Part shown: positions 37,654 through 46,744 of the stretch, in pieces | Layout of the letters: every line of letters starts with the position of its first letter | How positions within the stretch are numbered: position 1 is the first letter of the stretch | Notes under the pieces: model-generated | What the model saw: the letters and a program-made list of their open reading frames with translations, nothing else | What the model was told of the DNA's origin: nothing | Database searches by the model: none | Origin: Myxococcota bacterium | GTDB lineage: Bacteria > Myxococcota_A > UBA796 > CAJQPC01 | Direction: 5' to 3' | Assembly: GCA_036012755.1 (NCBI GenBank) | Contig: DASCPX010000059.1 | Location: 129,870 to 193,869 of the forward strand | DNA: 64,000 bases | Position numbers and translations under genes: made by a program

Positions 37654-40600
37654 GGGCTCGTCACCTCCAGGTATTGAGCGATGCGCTCCAGGATCCGGCG
37701 CGCGGCGGTCTTGGCGACGGTGTCGTGACCGTCGACGACCACTGCGAGCACGTAGCCCTCTCCGAGCGGGTTGCCCTCCGAGTCTTCGGCGAGCCCGTCG
37801 AAGGCCACGGCCACGAAGCTCGTGCCCGGCACCAGCACGACCTCCGGCGCGGGCGTAGCGAACAGGCCCAGGACCTCGTCGAGCCAGACACCGCCGTCGA
37901 CCGGGAGGTCCTCTGTCCCGAGGTTCGCCGAGACCCCGGCTCGGTTGGGGCTGACCGCCTCGCAGGCCTGGGCCCCCGCGCCGAAGCCGTGGGGGGGTGT
38001 CTCGCCAGCGAGCACGTCGGCGACGACCGCCTCGAGGTAGGGGCGCTCCCGCATCGTGCGGCCCGCTCGCCGCCAGCCAGAGGCCGTGCTCAGCGACAGC
38101 GCCAGGGTCTCCCAGTCGGATCGCTCGTAGGTCGCCCCGACCTGGCCACAGGCCCATGCCTCGATGCCGGCGCGGGCCAGCCCGCCCTGGGTGACCGGCG
38201 CGGGGTTGGAGGCCGCCTGGGTCGCGAAGGTGCCGGTCTTTCCGCCGATGCGGTCCTGGAGCGGGCTGCCCTGGAAGTAGCGGACCGCGGTCGAGCCGCT
38301 CACGCCTACGACGGCTCGCATCGCCGCCTCGACACGGTCCGCCTGCTCGTCGGTCATGAGCGCCTCTGTGGACAACCGCAGCTCCTCCTCGCCCTCCATC
38401 CGGACGAGGTCCGGGCTGACGACGCCGTGGTCGTCGCGAGCCATCGGAGAGGCCATCACCGCCAGCCCCAGCGCAGAGGTCTGCACACCTCCGAGGCCGT
38501 AGCCGAGCCGGGCGTAGTTCGCGAGATGGGTCACGCCGAGGTGTCGCTGGAGCTCGCTCGCCTGGCCGGCGCGGCTGTAGCGGAAGTCGATCTTGCGCTT
38601 CTGGCCGTCGTCGAGGCCATAGATCTCGGGCCCCTCGAAAGAGGGGTAGACGAAGCCGCCGAGGCGCACTCCGGGCAGCCAGCGGGCGGCGCCGACGGTC
38701 GGGAAGGAGATCCCGTTGACGGCGTCCTTGTCCTGGCTCGAGAAGGCCATGCGGTAGTGCGTGCGGTGTCCGAGCTGCACGAGGGTGTCGACGAAGAGGT
38801 TGTCCCGGCCGAGGTCGTCCTCGATGGAGAAGCCGGGGTCGAGGACCACGACGAGGTCGCCGCCGGTCTTCCAGAGTCCGCCGGAGACCTCTGGCTGGAT
38901 CGCGGAGCTTTCGCCGAAGCCGACCTTGGCGCTCGGGACCAGGTCGATCGTCGCCAGGGCGAAGTAGGGGTTCTTGGACTTGCGGAAGGCGTCGAAGAAG
39001 CCAGCGGAGGCCGAGGCCGCGTGGAAGGTCTGGCGGCGACCCTCGTCGTCGCTGCAGCGCACGGTCTTGCTGGTCCGCACCGCACCCGGGTCCTCTGGGA
39101 AGAGGGTGGCCTCCTCACTGGGATCATCCGGCAGATGAAGGGAGGAGAACACCATGCGAACGCAGCTGATGTCGTCCAGGGCAGGCCTGGCGGGCTGGTC
39201 GAGGAGGCCCCCGCGGGCCATGGCGTAGGAGGTCGCGAGCTTGTAGACGGATCCAGCGCCCTTGTTCCGGCGGAAGGCGAGGTTCTCGAGCTCTGCCGGG
39301 GCACGCCAGTTCCCGTCCCGCTGGCGAAGTCGGGCCTGGAGCTCCTCCAGCGCCACCTTGTCGTTCGGGTCGAAGCTCGGGTGGTTGACGACTGCGTGGA
39401 GGTCGCCCGTGGGCGCGTGGAGGAGCACTGCCTGGCCAGTGACGGTCTCTGCCCTGCCGGCGGGTTCGGTGTCGGAGAGCACCGCGCTCAGCTCCGCGGC
39501 GATGATGCGCTGGAGGTCTCCCGAGAGCATGAGCTCGACGCCTTCCTGCTCGGCGGGGAGCTCGTCGCAGGTGTCCTCCCAGGCCTCTGAGGCCTCGCGC
39601 CAGACCCCCGGCTCCAGCCAGCTCTCGAGTCCGCCGTAGACCACACCCCGAACCCCGACGACAGCGGCGAGGTCCTCGCCGAAGGGGTAGCGACGCACGA
39701 CGCGCTCGTCTCGCACCACGCTCTCGGCCGCCCGGTCCGGGTTGTCCGGGTCGCTGAGCAGCAGCACCAGCTCGTAGGAGCCGCTCTCGAGCCTCAGCCG
39801 CGCCCCGTCCTCCAGTGGGTTCGGCGTGTCCTCGGCGAGGTCCTCCAGGCGGGTCGTCTCAGAGCCCGGGGGCTCCAGCAGGAGCTCGCCCGGTCCGGTC
39901 CTCGTCACCTGCAGGACGCCGTCCTGGCGCCAGAAGGTCGCGCAGGTGGCGGACTCGGAGCCCAGCTTCTCCGCCGGATCCCAGGTCGCGCTCGCTCCGC
40001 GCACGCCGAGGTGACCCAGCGGTACGACCGCGGCCGAGGAGAGCTCGACACCGGCGCGGGCCCGGTCGCCCAGGCAGATCGTGGACTCGTCCGAGCTCAA
40101 CAGCAGCCGACTGCCGGCGAGGGTGCCCTCTTCGACCTCGAGGAAGGCCGAGGTGGAGCCCTGGGCGAGGTCGATCGGAGGGCGTGCGTAGCCGGAGCGG
40201 GCCAGGCGGCAGCTCGTGTCCCCGTCTGGGACCGCCGGGCTCGCGCTGGGCCCGCTGCGGGTCGAGAACGGACGCACCCCCAGCACCCGGGTGGGGACGA
40301 GCACCATGTCGTCCTCGCCAGCGACACGTGCCCAGTCGAAGACGAAGCCGAGCTCGCTGGGATCCGGGACGGCCTCTGGGAGATCGCGCAGGGACGCCGC
40401 CGCTCGGCGCAGCTTGTCGGTGGTCTCGCGATCGTGGGCCTGCTCCTCTGCAGCACGGAACAGCTCCGGCTCGGGCGGCGGGATCGGCGAGCCGTCGCAG
40501 GCGACGCCGGTCTCCAGGTTCCAGCGGAAGCGAGCGGGGAAGGGCTCGTGGGGGCCGGGGGGATCGGCGGGGTCGTAGTCGGAGTCGAAGCAGAGCAGCT

Positions 40601-41624
40601 CGTTGTCGATGAAGGCCTGCAGTCGCTCCTCGAGCTCGTACTCGACCCGGTGGTCGGCGAGGTGTGTGCGCCACATCCAGGGCCAGGGCGAGGAGCTGAA
40701 GAGCTCCTCCCGCGAGAAGGCCACGAAGCGCTTCTGGCCGTCCGCCTCCCAACCCAGCGGTGTGTCGGCGGCCTTGAGCGTCGCCAGCGGCCAGCTGGGC
40801 AGCTCCAGGGACATCCAGCGGCGGTCTCCGGCGAGGCGGCGCCAGGTCGGATCGTCCCGCTCGGTGTCCGGGATGCGCATGCGGACCTGCGTGGCGCCGT
40901 CGAGGTCGACCCGGACACGCTCGACGACCATCGGGACCTGGCCGGCCCAGATGTGATCCCCGTCATGGACCGGCACCGCTTCGCCGTGGCCGGGTGCGCG
41001 GCGGAGCAGGGGGGCGCTCTCTCCGGCGGCGACGCGAGTGCCCCCTTCCTCCGTGCGCAGTCGGGCGCTGGAGTCGATGACGAGGCTTCCGCGGAGACCT
41101 CCGTTCTCGACGCAGAGCAGCCCCCCACCACAATCGGCGGGTGCGCGCAGCAGGAGGTGCTCGACGCCCATGCCGGCCACGGGCAGCACGATGTCGGCGT
41201 CGCGCCCCAGCCCCACGGTCGCGAGGACCCCCTCGCCGCCCTTCGGCACGTCGACCTCGAGGCCGTCGAGGACCAGGCGGTGGCTGTTCCCATCGACGTC
41301 CAGGCGGAAGCGGGTCCTGCCCCGCTGTCCGGTCTCACACGCGATGGCGCTCTCCGGGGCGAGCTCGGTGGCCTCTCGGCCGTCCTCGCCGATGCACTCG
41401 ATGCGCGAGGACAGGGCGTAGCGGTCCGCCGTGCCTCGCACGAGCTTCAGGGTGAAGAGGCGCTCACCCCGCAGGGGGAGGTAGATGAGCTTCTCGCTCT
41501 CGTCGGAACTCGGCCGCTCGGGGCTGCGTGCGCGCAGGGTCCAGGCGGCCAGCACCGCCGTGCCGAGGAGCAGCAGGCCCAGGGACAACAGGCGCCGCCA
41601 ACGGGGGGTCTTGCGGCCGGTCAT
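37650..41624 (-). CDS. Giant class B penicillin-binding transpeptidase with FHA-like inserts (1324 aa)
   Basis: N-terminal TM; RRYPFG..AAVVG..GGLE pedestal motif; GSVYK (SxxK), SKN (SxN), GKTGT (KTG). ATG at 41624 overlaps the SEDS stop. Confidence 0.88.
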   Translation of the reverse strand: MTGRKTPRWRRLLSLGLLLLGTAVLAAWTLRARSPERPSSDESEKLIYLPLRGERLFTLKLVRGTADRYALSSRIECIGEDGREATELAPESAIACETGQRGRTRFRLDVDGNSHRLVLDGLEVDVPKGGEGVLATVGLGRDADIVLPVAGMGVEHLLLRAPADCGGGLLCVENGGLRGSLVIDSSARLRTEEGGTRVAAGESAPLLRRAPGHGEAVPVHDGDHIWAGQVPMVVERVRVDLDGATQVRMRIPDTERDDPTWRRLAGDRRWMSLELPSWPLATLKAADTPLGWEADGQKRFVAFSREELFSSSPWPWMWRTHLADHRVEYELEERLQAFIDNELLCFDSDYDPADPPGPHEPFPARFRWNLETGVACDGSPIPPPEPELFRAAEEQAHDRETTDKLRRAAASLRDLPEAVPDPSELGFVFDWARVAGEDDMVLVPTRVLGVRPFSTRSGPSASPAVPDGDTSCRLARSGYARPPIDLAQGSTSAFLEVEEGTLAGSRLLLSSDESTICLGDRARAGVELSSAAVVPLGHLGVRGASATWDPAEKLGSESATCATFWRQDGVLQVTRTGPGELLLEPPGSETTRLEDLAEDTPNPLEDGARLRLESGSYELVLLLSDPDNPDRAAESVVRDERVVRRYPFGEDLAAVVGVRGVVYGGLESWLEPGVWREASEAWEDTCDELPAEQEGVELMLSGDLQRIIAAELSAVLSDTEPAGRAETVTGQAVLLHAPTGDLHAVVNHPSFDPNDKVALEELQARLRQRDGNWRAPAELENLAFRRNKGAGSVYKLATSYAMARGGLLDQPARPALDDISCVRMVFSSLHLPDDPSEEATLFPEDPGAVRTSKTVRCSDDEGRRQTFHAASASAGFFDAFRKSKNPYFALATIDLVPSAKVGFGESSAIQPEVSGGLWKTGGDLVVVLDPGFSIEDDLGRDNLFVDTLVQLGHRTHYRMAFSSQDKDAVNGISFPTVGAARWLPGVRLGGFVYPSFEGPEIYGLDDGQKRKIDFRYSRAGQASELQRHLGVTHLANYARLGYGLGGVQTSALGLAVMASPMARDDHGVVSPDLVRMEGEEELRLSTEALMTDEQADRVEAAMRAVVGVSGSTAVRYFQGSPLQDRIGGKTGTFATQAASNPAPVTQGGLARAGIEAWACGQVGATYERSDWETLALSLSTASGWRRAGRTMRERPYLEAVVADVLAGETPPHGFGAGAQACEAVSPNRAGVSANLGTEDLPVDGGVWLDEVLGLFATPAPEVVLVPGTSFVAVAFDGLAEDSEGNPLGEGYVLAVVVDGHDTVAKTAARRILERIAQYLEVTSP

Positions 41625-44600
41625 GAGCGCTCCTCGAGCATGGCCTCGGCGGCCTCGCGACGGGCGGTCATACGGAGCCCCTGGTGGTGCTCGGACATCG
41701 AGCGGGCGTAGAGACCCGTCGCGACCCCCACCAGGAGCGCGAAGCCCATCGCCGCCGAGCCGCCGCTGGAGACCCAGGGGAGCGTGATGCCCGTCTGGGG
41801 GACCGTGTTGAAGCAGGTGCCGATGTGCACGACGACCTCGCTGGCGACGTAGAGCGCACCGAAGAAGCAGAAGTAGCCAGCGGCCGCCCAGCGGCGGGCC
41901 TGGATCTCGGCCCGGTCGCTCATCGCGTCGGCGATCGCGCCGGGCAGGGCCTGGTCCTCTGCGTGCTGTCCGACTGCCCGCAGCAGCCCACCGGCCCGCT
42001 CCAGGAGCTGGTCTCCAGCTCCGATCAGGCCGCCGACGAGCACGGCGAAGGCCAACAGCACCAGGAGCGCTCGGCGCAGACCCCAGCTCTGGAGCAAGGC
42101 GATGAAAGCCAGGTCGTTGTGCAGGTTGGACAGGTAGACCTCGTTGCCTTCGCCGTAGAAGCCCGCGGCGATCCAGTGGGCCTTCGTGCTCCACCAGCCC
42201 GGGGCCGTGTACCAGGTGTGCTGCCAGGTCTCGCCACGGTCGATCGCTCGCTCGATGCTGCGGCCGACCCTCGGGATCTCGGTGACCTGGTCCTGGAAGG
42301 CGGCGGTGAGGAAGACGAAGAGCTCGACGAAGCCGACCAGCGCCACGACCACGACCGCGAAGACCGCCAGCCGCGAGAGGACACGCCGGGGACGAAGGCG
42401 GGTGCTCGCCCAGGGGAAGGCCCACAGCGCCAGCATGCCGACGACCGAGGGCACGATGACCATCAGGGGGCCGAGGTCCGCTCGGGCGCCGTAGCAGATG
42501 AGCAACAGGCCGCCGATGAGCACGGTGTAGCCGAGCGCTCGGGCCGGGACGCGCCACCACTCGGAGCTGTGCTCCCTGGAGAAGCCGGCGAGCAGCCCGG
42601 CGATGCCCATGCCGATGAGTGTGGGCGTGAACTCGGCGGGCTTGAGATCGAAGCCGGCGAGCCAGCGACTGCCAACGGCGACGTCGAGGAGGGCCCCGAG
42701 CACGAGCACCACGAGGCCCACGCAGAGGGCCAGCAGGCCGAAGGTCGAGGCCCCGTCTTCTCCGGCGGGCTTGTCCAGCATGAGGTGCATGGCCCGCGAG
42801 ACGGGTCCGCGGCGCTCGCGGTACCAGCTCATCCAGGGCTTCTCGGAGAGGCGCTCGGCGAGGACCTCTGGGTGGACTGCGCGCAGCCAGGCGGGATCGG
42901 GCCGATCGTGGGTGAAGCGGGCCAGGAGCAGTGAGCCGCCCAGCAGCGCAGCGCCGATGACCCAGACACTCACGACCCCCCTGGCGAGGGCGGCCCGGAC
43001 CAGATCGCTGGTGGGCAGCTGCTGGACCGGCGGGCCCACCAGCGCCCAGAGGCCGAGGTCGATGCTCACCCACACGGCGAGGCCGAGCACACCGACACCG
43101 AGGGTGCGCCCGGTCAGCGCGAGGAGCTGCCAGGCGCTGCTGGCGCGCCAGCGGTGGCCGAGGCGCACACCCAACAGCAGCAGCACCGCGGCGCCGTAGC
43201 CCGTGATGAGGTGGCGCTGCACGTAGTCCGGGGAGCCCAGCAGCGCGTCGCTCGCGGCCATGCGCATCTGGAGGGCACCCCCGGCGGACAGGAGGATCGC
43301 AACAGAGCCCAGGACCAGCAGGATGGGGAGGGAGATCGGAGCGCGACCGCCGCGGGTGGCGACGCCCGTTGCCTCCCGCAGCGCGGCGACCACGAGGCCG
43401 CAGACCAGCACGAGGAAGCCACCGAGGGGGATGCGCTGGTCCCGGAGCGGCTGGTGATCCCAGTAGCGGAGGGTGTGTCCGGCGAGGGGGAAGCTGTCCC
43501 CGGGGGTGAAGCGTCCCTCCGCGCCCGGGAGGTCCGGGGGCAGCAGCGAGCGCACCACGAGGTCGTCCTCGCTCGTGCACAGCGCCGCGAGATCGACGGT
43601 CGTTCGTCCCTCCTCCTGGACATCGTCGTGCCGCAAGGCGAGCCAACGAGGCAGCGGCAGGTCGTGGAGGCTGTCCCCGGCCTGTCGCACCGTGTGCGCT
43701 GAGCTGCGCTCGACTCCGTCGGGGAGGAGGACCTCGCTGGTCGCACCGCGCAGGACCAGGCGGCCCTCGTTGCAGCTCGGCACGTCGACGCGTGCCCCCC
43801 AGGCCTGGAGTCGCCCGGCGCTCAGCGAGGACAGCAAGCGGACCCGCCCGCTCGGCGGGAGCTCCAGGTCGAAGTCGACGCTGTCCTCGTCGACGGACAC
43901 GGCGTAGTGGACCCCAGCGCCCGCGACGAACCAGTCGCCTCCCGCCAGATCGGTCTCGCCGACCTCGCTGGGGCACTCCTCGCCATCGGAGAGGCAGTCC
44001 TCGAGCAGCTCGCAGTCGAAGACGTGGACGGAGCCCTCGTGGTTCGGTGTGCGCGCGACCTGGAGCGCAGGCGGGGCGTCGACGAGGGACAGGGCCCAGT
44101 CGACCGGGCGGAACCAGGGGCTGATCGACTCGCCGCCGGGACCCTTGCGGAAGAGGAAGACCTCTGGGCCGTCCGGTCCCAGCGTGAAGGTGGACGCCCC
44201 CAGTCCGGCAGGTTGGACCGGCGCAGCCGCGGCCCCGCCGACCACGAGGTAGGCGGCGTGCTTCAGGACGCGGTCGGCGCTGACGTCCTCGCCGATGGTC
44301 GGGTCCGCGGACAGGGCGACCACGAGCGGCTCGGGCAAGCCGCCTGGTAGGGGGACGAGCTCCCAGGTCGAGTCCGCCACCCGAAGGCGGGCCAGGAGGC
44401 TGCCCTCCTCTTCGACGACCTCGAGCACGGCCTCGCCGATCTCCCGCGAGGCGCCCTGCTGCAGGGGGACGAGCACCGTGCGGACCTCGTCGCCGGTCTC
44501 GAGCCAGACCCCGACCGCGTCGATCAGCTCGACTCGGGCCCAGGAGACACCTTGGTGAACGCCGTGATCGGCGCTCGAGTCACAGGCCTGCTCCATGGCG

Positions 44601-45013
44601 GCGCCGCCGGTGGCCTCGTCCAGATCGTCGAGCCCAGAGAGCACCAGGACGCGCTCCCCGGCTGGCACGGCGCGGTTGCTGAAGGTGTCGTCGCGGGTCC
44701 CGAGACCCTCTGGCCTGGTGACCAGCGCCGAGCGATGGGCGGCCTCGTGCTGGTAGTGGACCACGCCGCCCTCGACCGTGAGCAGGCCCAGCCGGGGGGC
44801 CACGAGGGCTTCGTCGAGGCGCAGGTCCGACTCGGCGCTCCGGCCGACGGTGAAGCTGTCCCCCACGCGGTCCAGGGGGAGGGTGTGGCCGATGACCTGG
44901 ACGGTCGGCCCGTCGCGCACAGCGGTCCCCCAGGGCAGGATTCCCAGGCTCACCACCAGCGCTCCGAGGAAGAGCGCCAGCCACCACGCGTCGGTCCGCT
45001 GCAAACGGCGCAA
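41621..45013 (-). CDS. Giant FtsW/RodA/SpoVE (SEDS) protein with large N-terminal FHA-like region (~1130 aa)
   Basis: TTG at 45013 after GGAGG; FTVGRSAESDLRL; SEDS motifs KPAEF, DLG, LHNDLAF, PQTGITLPWVSSGGS. Confidence 0.88.
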   Translation of the reverse strand: MRRLQRTDAWWLALFLGALVVSLGILPWGTAVRDGPTVQVIGHTLPLDRVGDSFTVGRSAESDLRLDEALVAPRLGLLTVEGGVVHYQHEAAHRSALVTRPEGLGTRDDTFSNRAVPAGERVLVLSGLDDLDEATGGAAMEQACDSSADHGVHQGVSWARVELIDAVGVWLETGDEVRTVLVPLQQGASREIGEAVLEVVEEEGSLLARLRVADSTWELVPLPGGLPEPLVVALSADPTIGEDVSADRVLKHAAYLVVGGAAAAPVQPAGLGASTFTLGPDGPEVFLFRKGPGGESISPWFRPVDWALSLVDAPPALQVARTPNHEGSVHVFDCELLEDCLSDGEECPSEVGETDLAGGDWFVAGAGVHYAVSVDEDSVDFDLELPPSGRVRLLSSLSAGRLQAWGARVDVPSCNEGRLVLRGATSEVLLPDGVERSSAHTVRQAGDSLHDLPLPRWLALRHDDVQEEGRTTVDLAALCTSEDDLVVRSLLPPDLPGAEGRFTPGDSFPLAGHTLRYWDHQPLRDQRIPLGGFLVLVCGLVVAALREATGVATRGGRAPISLPILLVLGSVAILLSAGGALQMRMAASDALLGSPDYVQRHLITGYGAAVLLLLGVRLGHRWRASSAWQLLALTGRTLGVGVLGLAVWVSIDLGLWALVGPPVQQLPTSDLVRAALARGVVSVWVIGAALLGGSLLLARFTHDRPDPAWLRAVHPEVLAERLSEKPWMSWYRERRGPVSRAMHLMLDKPAGEDGASTFGLLALCVGLVVLVLGALLDVAVGSRWLAGFDLKPAEFTPTLIGMGIAGLLAGFSREHSSEWWRVPARALGYTVLIGGLLLICYGARADLGPLMVIVPSVVGMLALWAFPWASTRLRPRRVLSRLAVFAVVVVALVGFVELFVFLTAAFQDQVTEIPRVGRSIERAIDRGETWQHTWYTAPGWWSTKAHWIAAGFYGEGNEVYLSNLHNDLAFIALLQSWGLRRALLVLLAFAVLVGGLIGAGDQLLERAGGLLRAVGQHAEDQALPGAIADAMSDRAEIQARRWAAAGYFCFFGALYVASEVVVHIGTCFNTVPQTGITLPWVSSGGSAAMGFALLVGVATGLYARSMSEHHQGLRMTARREAAEAMLEERS

Positions 45014-45109
45014 AGTAGCAGCCTCCGTTACGGTGCTTGTACGGAGCAGCGCTTCAGTCTCATCGGATCCAGTGACGGATCCACCGCCGCAGCCGATTCG
45101 GGAGGGTAC

Positions 45110-45349
45110 ATGGCCACACTTCTGATCATCGCCCAGAAACTCGTAGCGATGTTCGAGGACGCGAAGAGCCTCAAGGAGCTCAGTGAGCGAGAGCGCGAGG
45201 TCTGCGACCTGCTGCTCAAGGGCCTCTCCGCGGTGCAGGTCGGCGAGAGCCTCCACATCAGCCCTCACACGGCGCGCAACCACATGAAGGCCATCTTCCG
45301 GAAGCTGGACGTGGGCACCCAGCTGGAGCTGATCAACCGCTACGCCTGA
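45110..45349 (+). CDS. Stand-alone LuxR-type HTH regulator
   Basis: LSEREREVCDLLLKGLS..VGESLHISPHTARNHMKAIFRKLDV; GGAGG before ATG 45110 (alternative start 45149). Confidence 0.9.
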   Translation: MATLLIIAQKLVAMFEDAKSLKELSEREREVCDLLLKGLSAVQVGESLHISPHTARNHMKAIFRKLDVGTQLELINRYA

Positions 45350-45494
45350 GCGCTTCGGACTCTGGAGTGTGCCGGCGTCCGGTGGAACTCAGGCGGAAGG
45401 GAAGGGCAGGTCTTAGCTGAGTGCGCCCCCACCGGACGTCGGCGGTACCTGGATCATCGGTGCCGCCGGGTCTGATCTCCATGGCCACATCCAG

Positions 45495-46298
45495 TCAATC
45501 CGACAGCTGCCTGCGGACGGCGTCGCGGAGCTCTCGCAGTCGGATGGGCTTGGTCGGGTACTCCCGCATGCCCGCCCGCAGCGCGTCCCGCCGGAAGTCG
45601 TCCGTGGCATGGCCCGACAGGTCGAGGATGGCCATCTCCGGGTTCTTGCCGAGGGCTCCAACCTGGAGTCCCGCCAGGATCCGGACGTGCCCCTCTTCGG
45701 TGAACTTGATCGCGTTGGAGATGAGGTTCAGGAGCACCTGGCGCATGCGGGAGCGGTCCCCGCGCAGCAGGGACGGCAGACCGACCTCCGCGAACACGCT
45801 CAGCTCCAGCCCTTTCGCCTCGGCTCGGCTCGCGAAGAGCAACACAGCGCTGTCGAGCAGCTCCTCGACGTCGAAGTCCTCGTTCCTGAGCTCCAGGCGT
45901 CCGGCCTCGATGCGGCTCATGTCGAGCACGTCGGAGAGCAGGAGCTCGGTGCGAGCCTCCGTGCGGAGTGTCGGGTCCTCCTCCGGGATCGCGGCGCGTA
46001 GAGCCTCTACATGGATGGCGACCAGCCCCCCTCCCGTAGTCAGGGACGGCGACATCGCCTCGACCTTCTTCTCGACGGAGAGCAGGTCATCGAGGGCCCT
46101 GTCCACGGCTGGCTCGAAGGGCGCGGTCGTCTGGAGCACGCGCTGGGCGTGCTGGAGCTGTCGGATCAGCTGGATCCGCCGCTCGCGGTCTGCCTGGAGC
46201 TCCCTCGACTCCTGGGCGACCCCGAGGGACCAGAACGCAAAGAGGCAGAGGGCAATGAGCCCACTCGCCCAGCGAAGCCAGAAGCGCATCCGGTCCAT
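45495..46298 (-). pseudogene. Internally deleted hybrid histidine kinase
   Basis: Keeps DVLDMSRIEAG, GD..RMRQVLLNLISNAIKFT (N-box) and the receiver tail AGM..Y.TKP; lacks the H-box, G boxes and receiver Asp. Confidence 0.8.
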
Positions 46299-46330
46299 GC
46301 GCCCGGAGCATCGCAGGGGTACAGGGGAGC

Positions 46331-46744
46331 ATGATCATCGGACTCGACCACGTCGCCATCTCCACCGACGATCTGGAGGCGGCGCTGCGGCGTCTGCTCG
46401 ACGACTTCGGCCTGGAGCTGGCTGGGCGGGAGGCAGTCCCCAGCGCCGAGACCGAGACGGCCTTCTTTCCCATCTCGGGCACCCGGATCGAGCTGGTCGC
46501 GCCGCTCGAGGCGGCCGGGCCCATAAGGGCTGCCCTCGACAAGCGCGGCCCCGGGCTCCACCACATCTGCTTCGCCACGGACGACCTCGACGCAGACGTC
46601 AAGCGACTCAGGGACAGGGGCTACCGCTTCACCTCGGAGGAGCCGATGCCCGGCGCCCACGGCACGCGGGTCATCTTCGTGCATCCCAGGTCCACCGGCG
46701 GTGTCCTGATCGAGCTGGCCGAGCATCCAACGGAGCGGCGATGA
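46331..46744 (+). CDS. mce: Methylmalonyl-CoA epimerase (VOC family)
   Basis: LDHVAI, RIELVAP, RGPGLHHICF, GAHG..VIFVHP.STGGVLIEL. Confidence 0.9.
   Translation: MIIGLDHVAISTDDLEAALRRLLDDFGLELAGREAVPSAETETAFFPISGTRIELVAPLEAAGPIRAALDKRGPGLHHICFATDDLDADVKRLRDRGYRFTSEEPMPGAHGTRVIFVHPRSTGGVLIELAEHPTERR

Noticed and set aside
37650..43976. 2108-aa ORF as a single giant protein
   Set aside because: The first ~780 codons are an Arg/Pro-rich shadow of the SEDS gene; the real start is ATG 41624, overlapping the SEDS stop.
45350..45484. Possible GNAT acetyltransferase remnant (MEIRPGGTDDP, minus strand)
   Set aside because: The resemblance covers only about 11 residues with no matching C-terminal signature.
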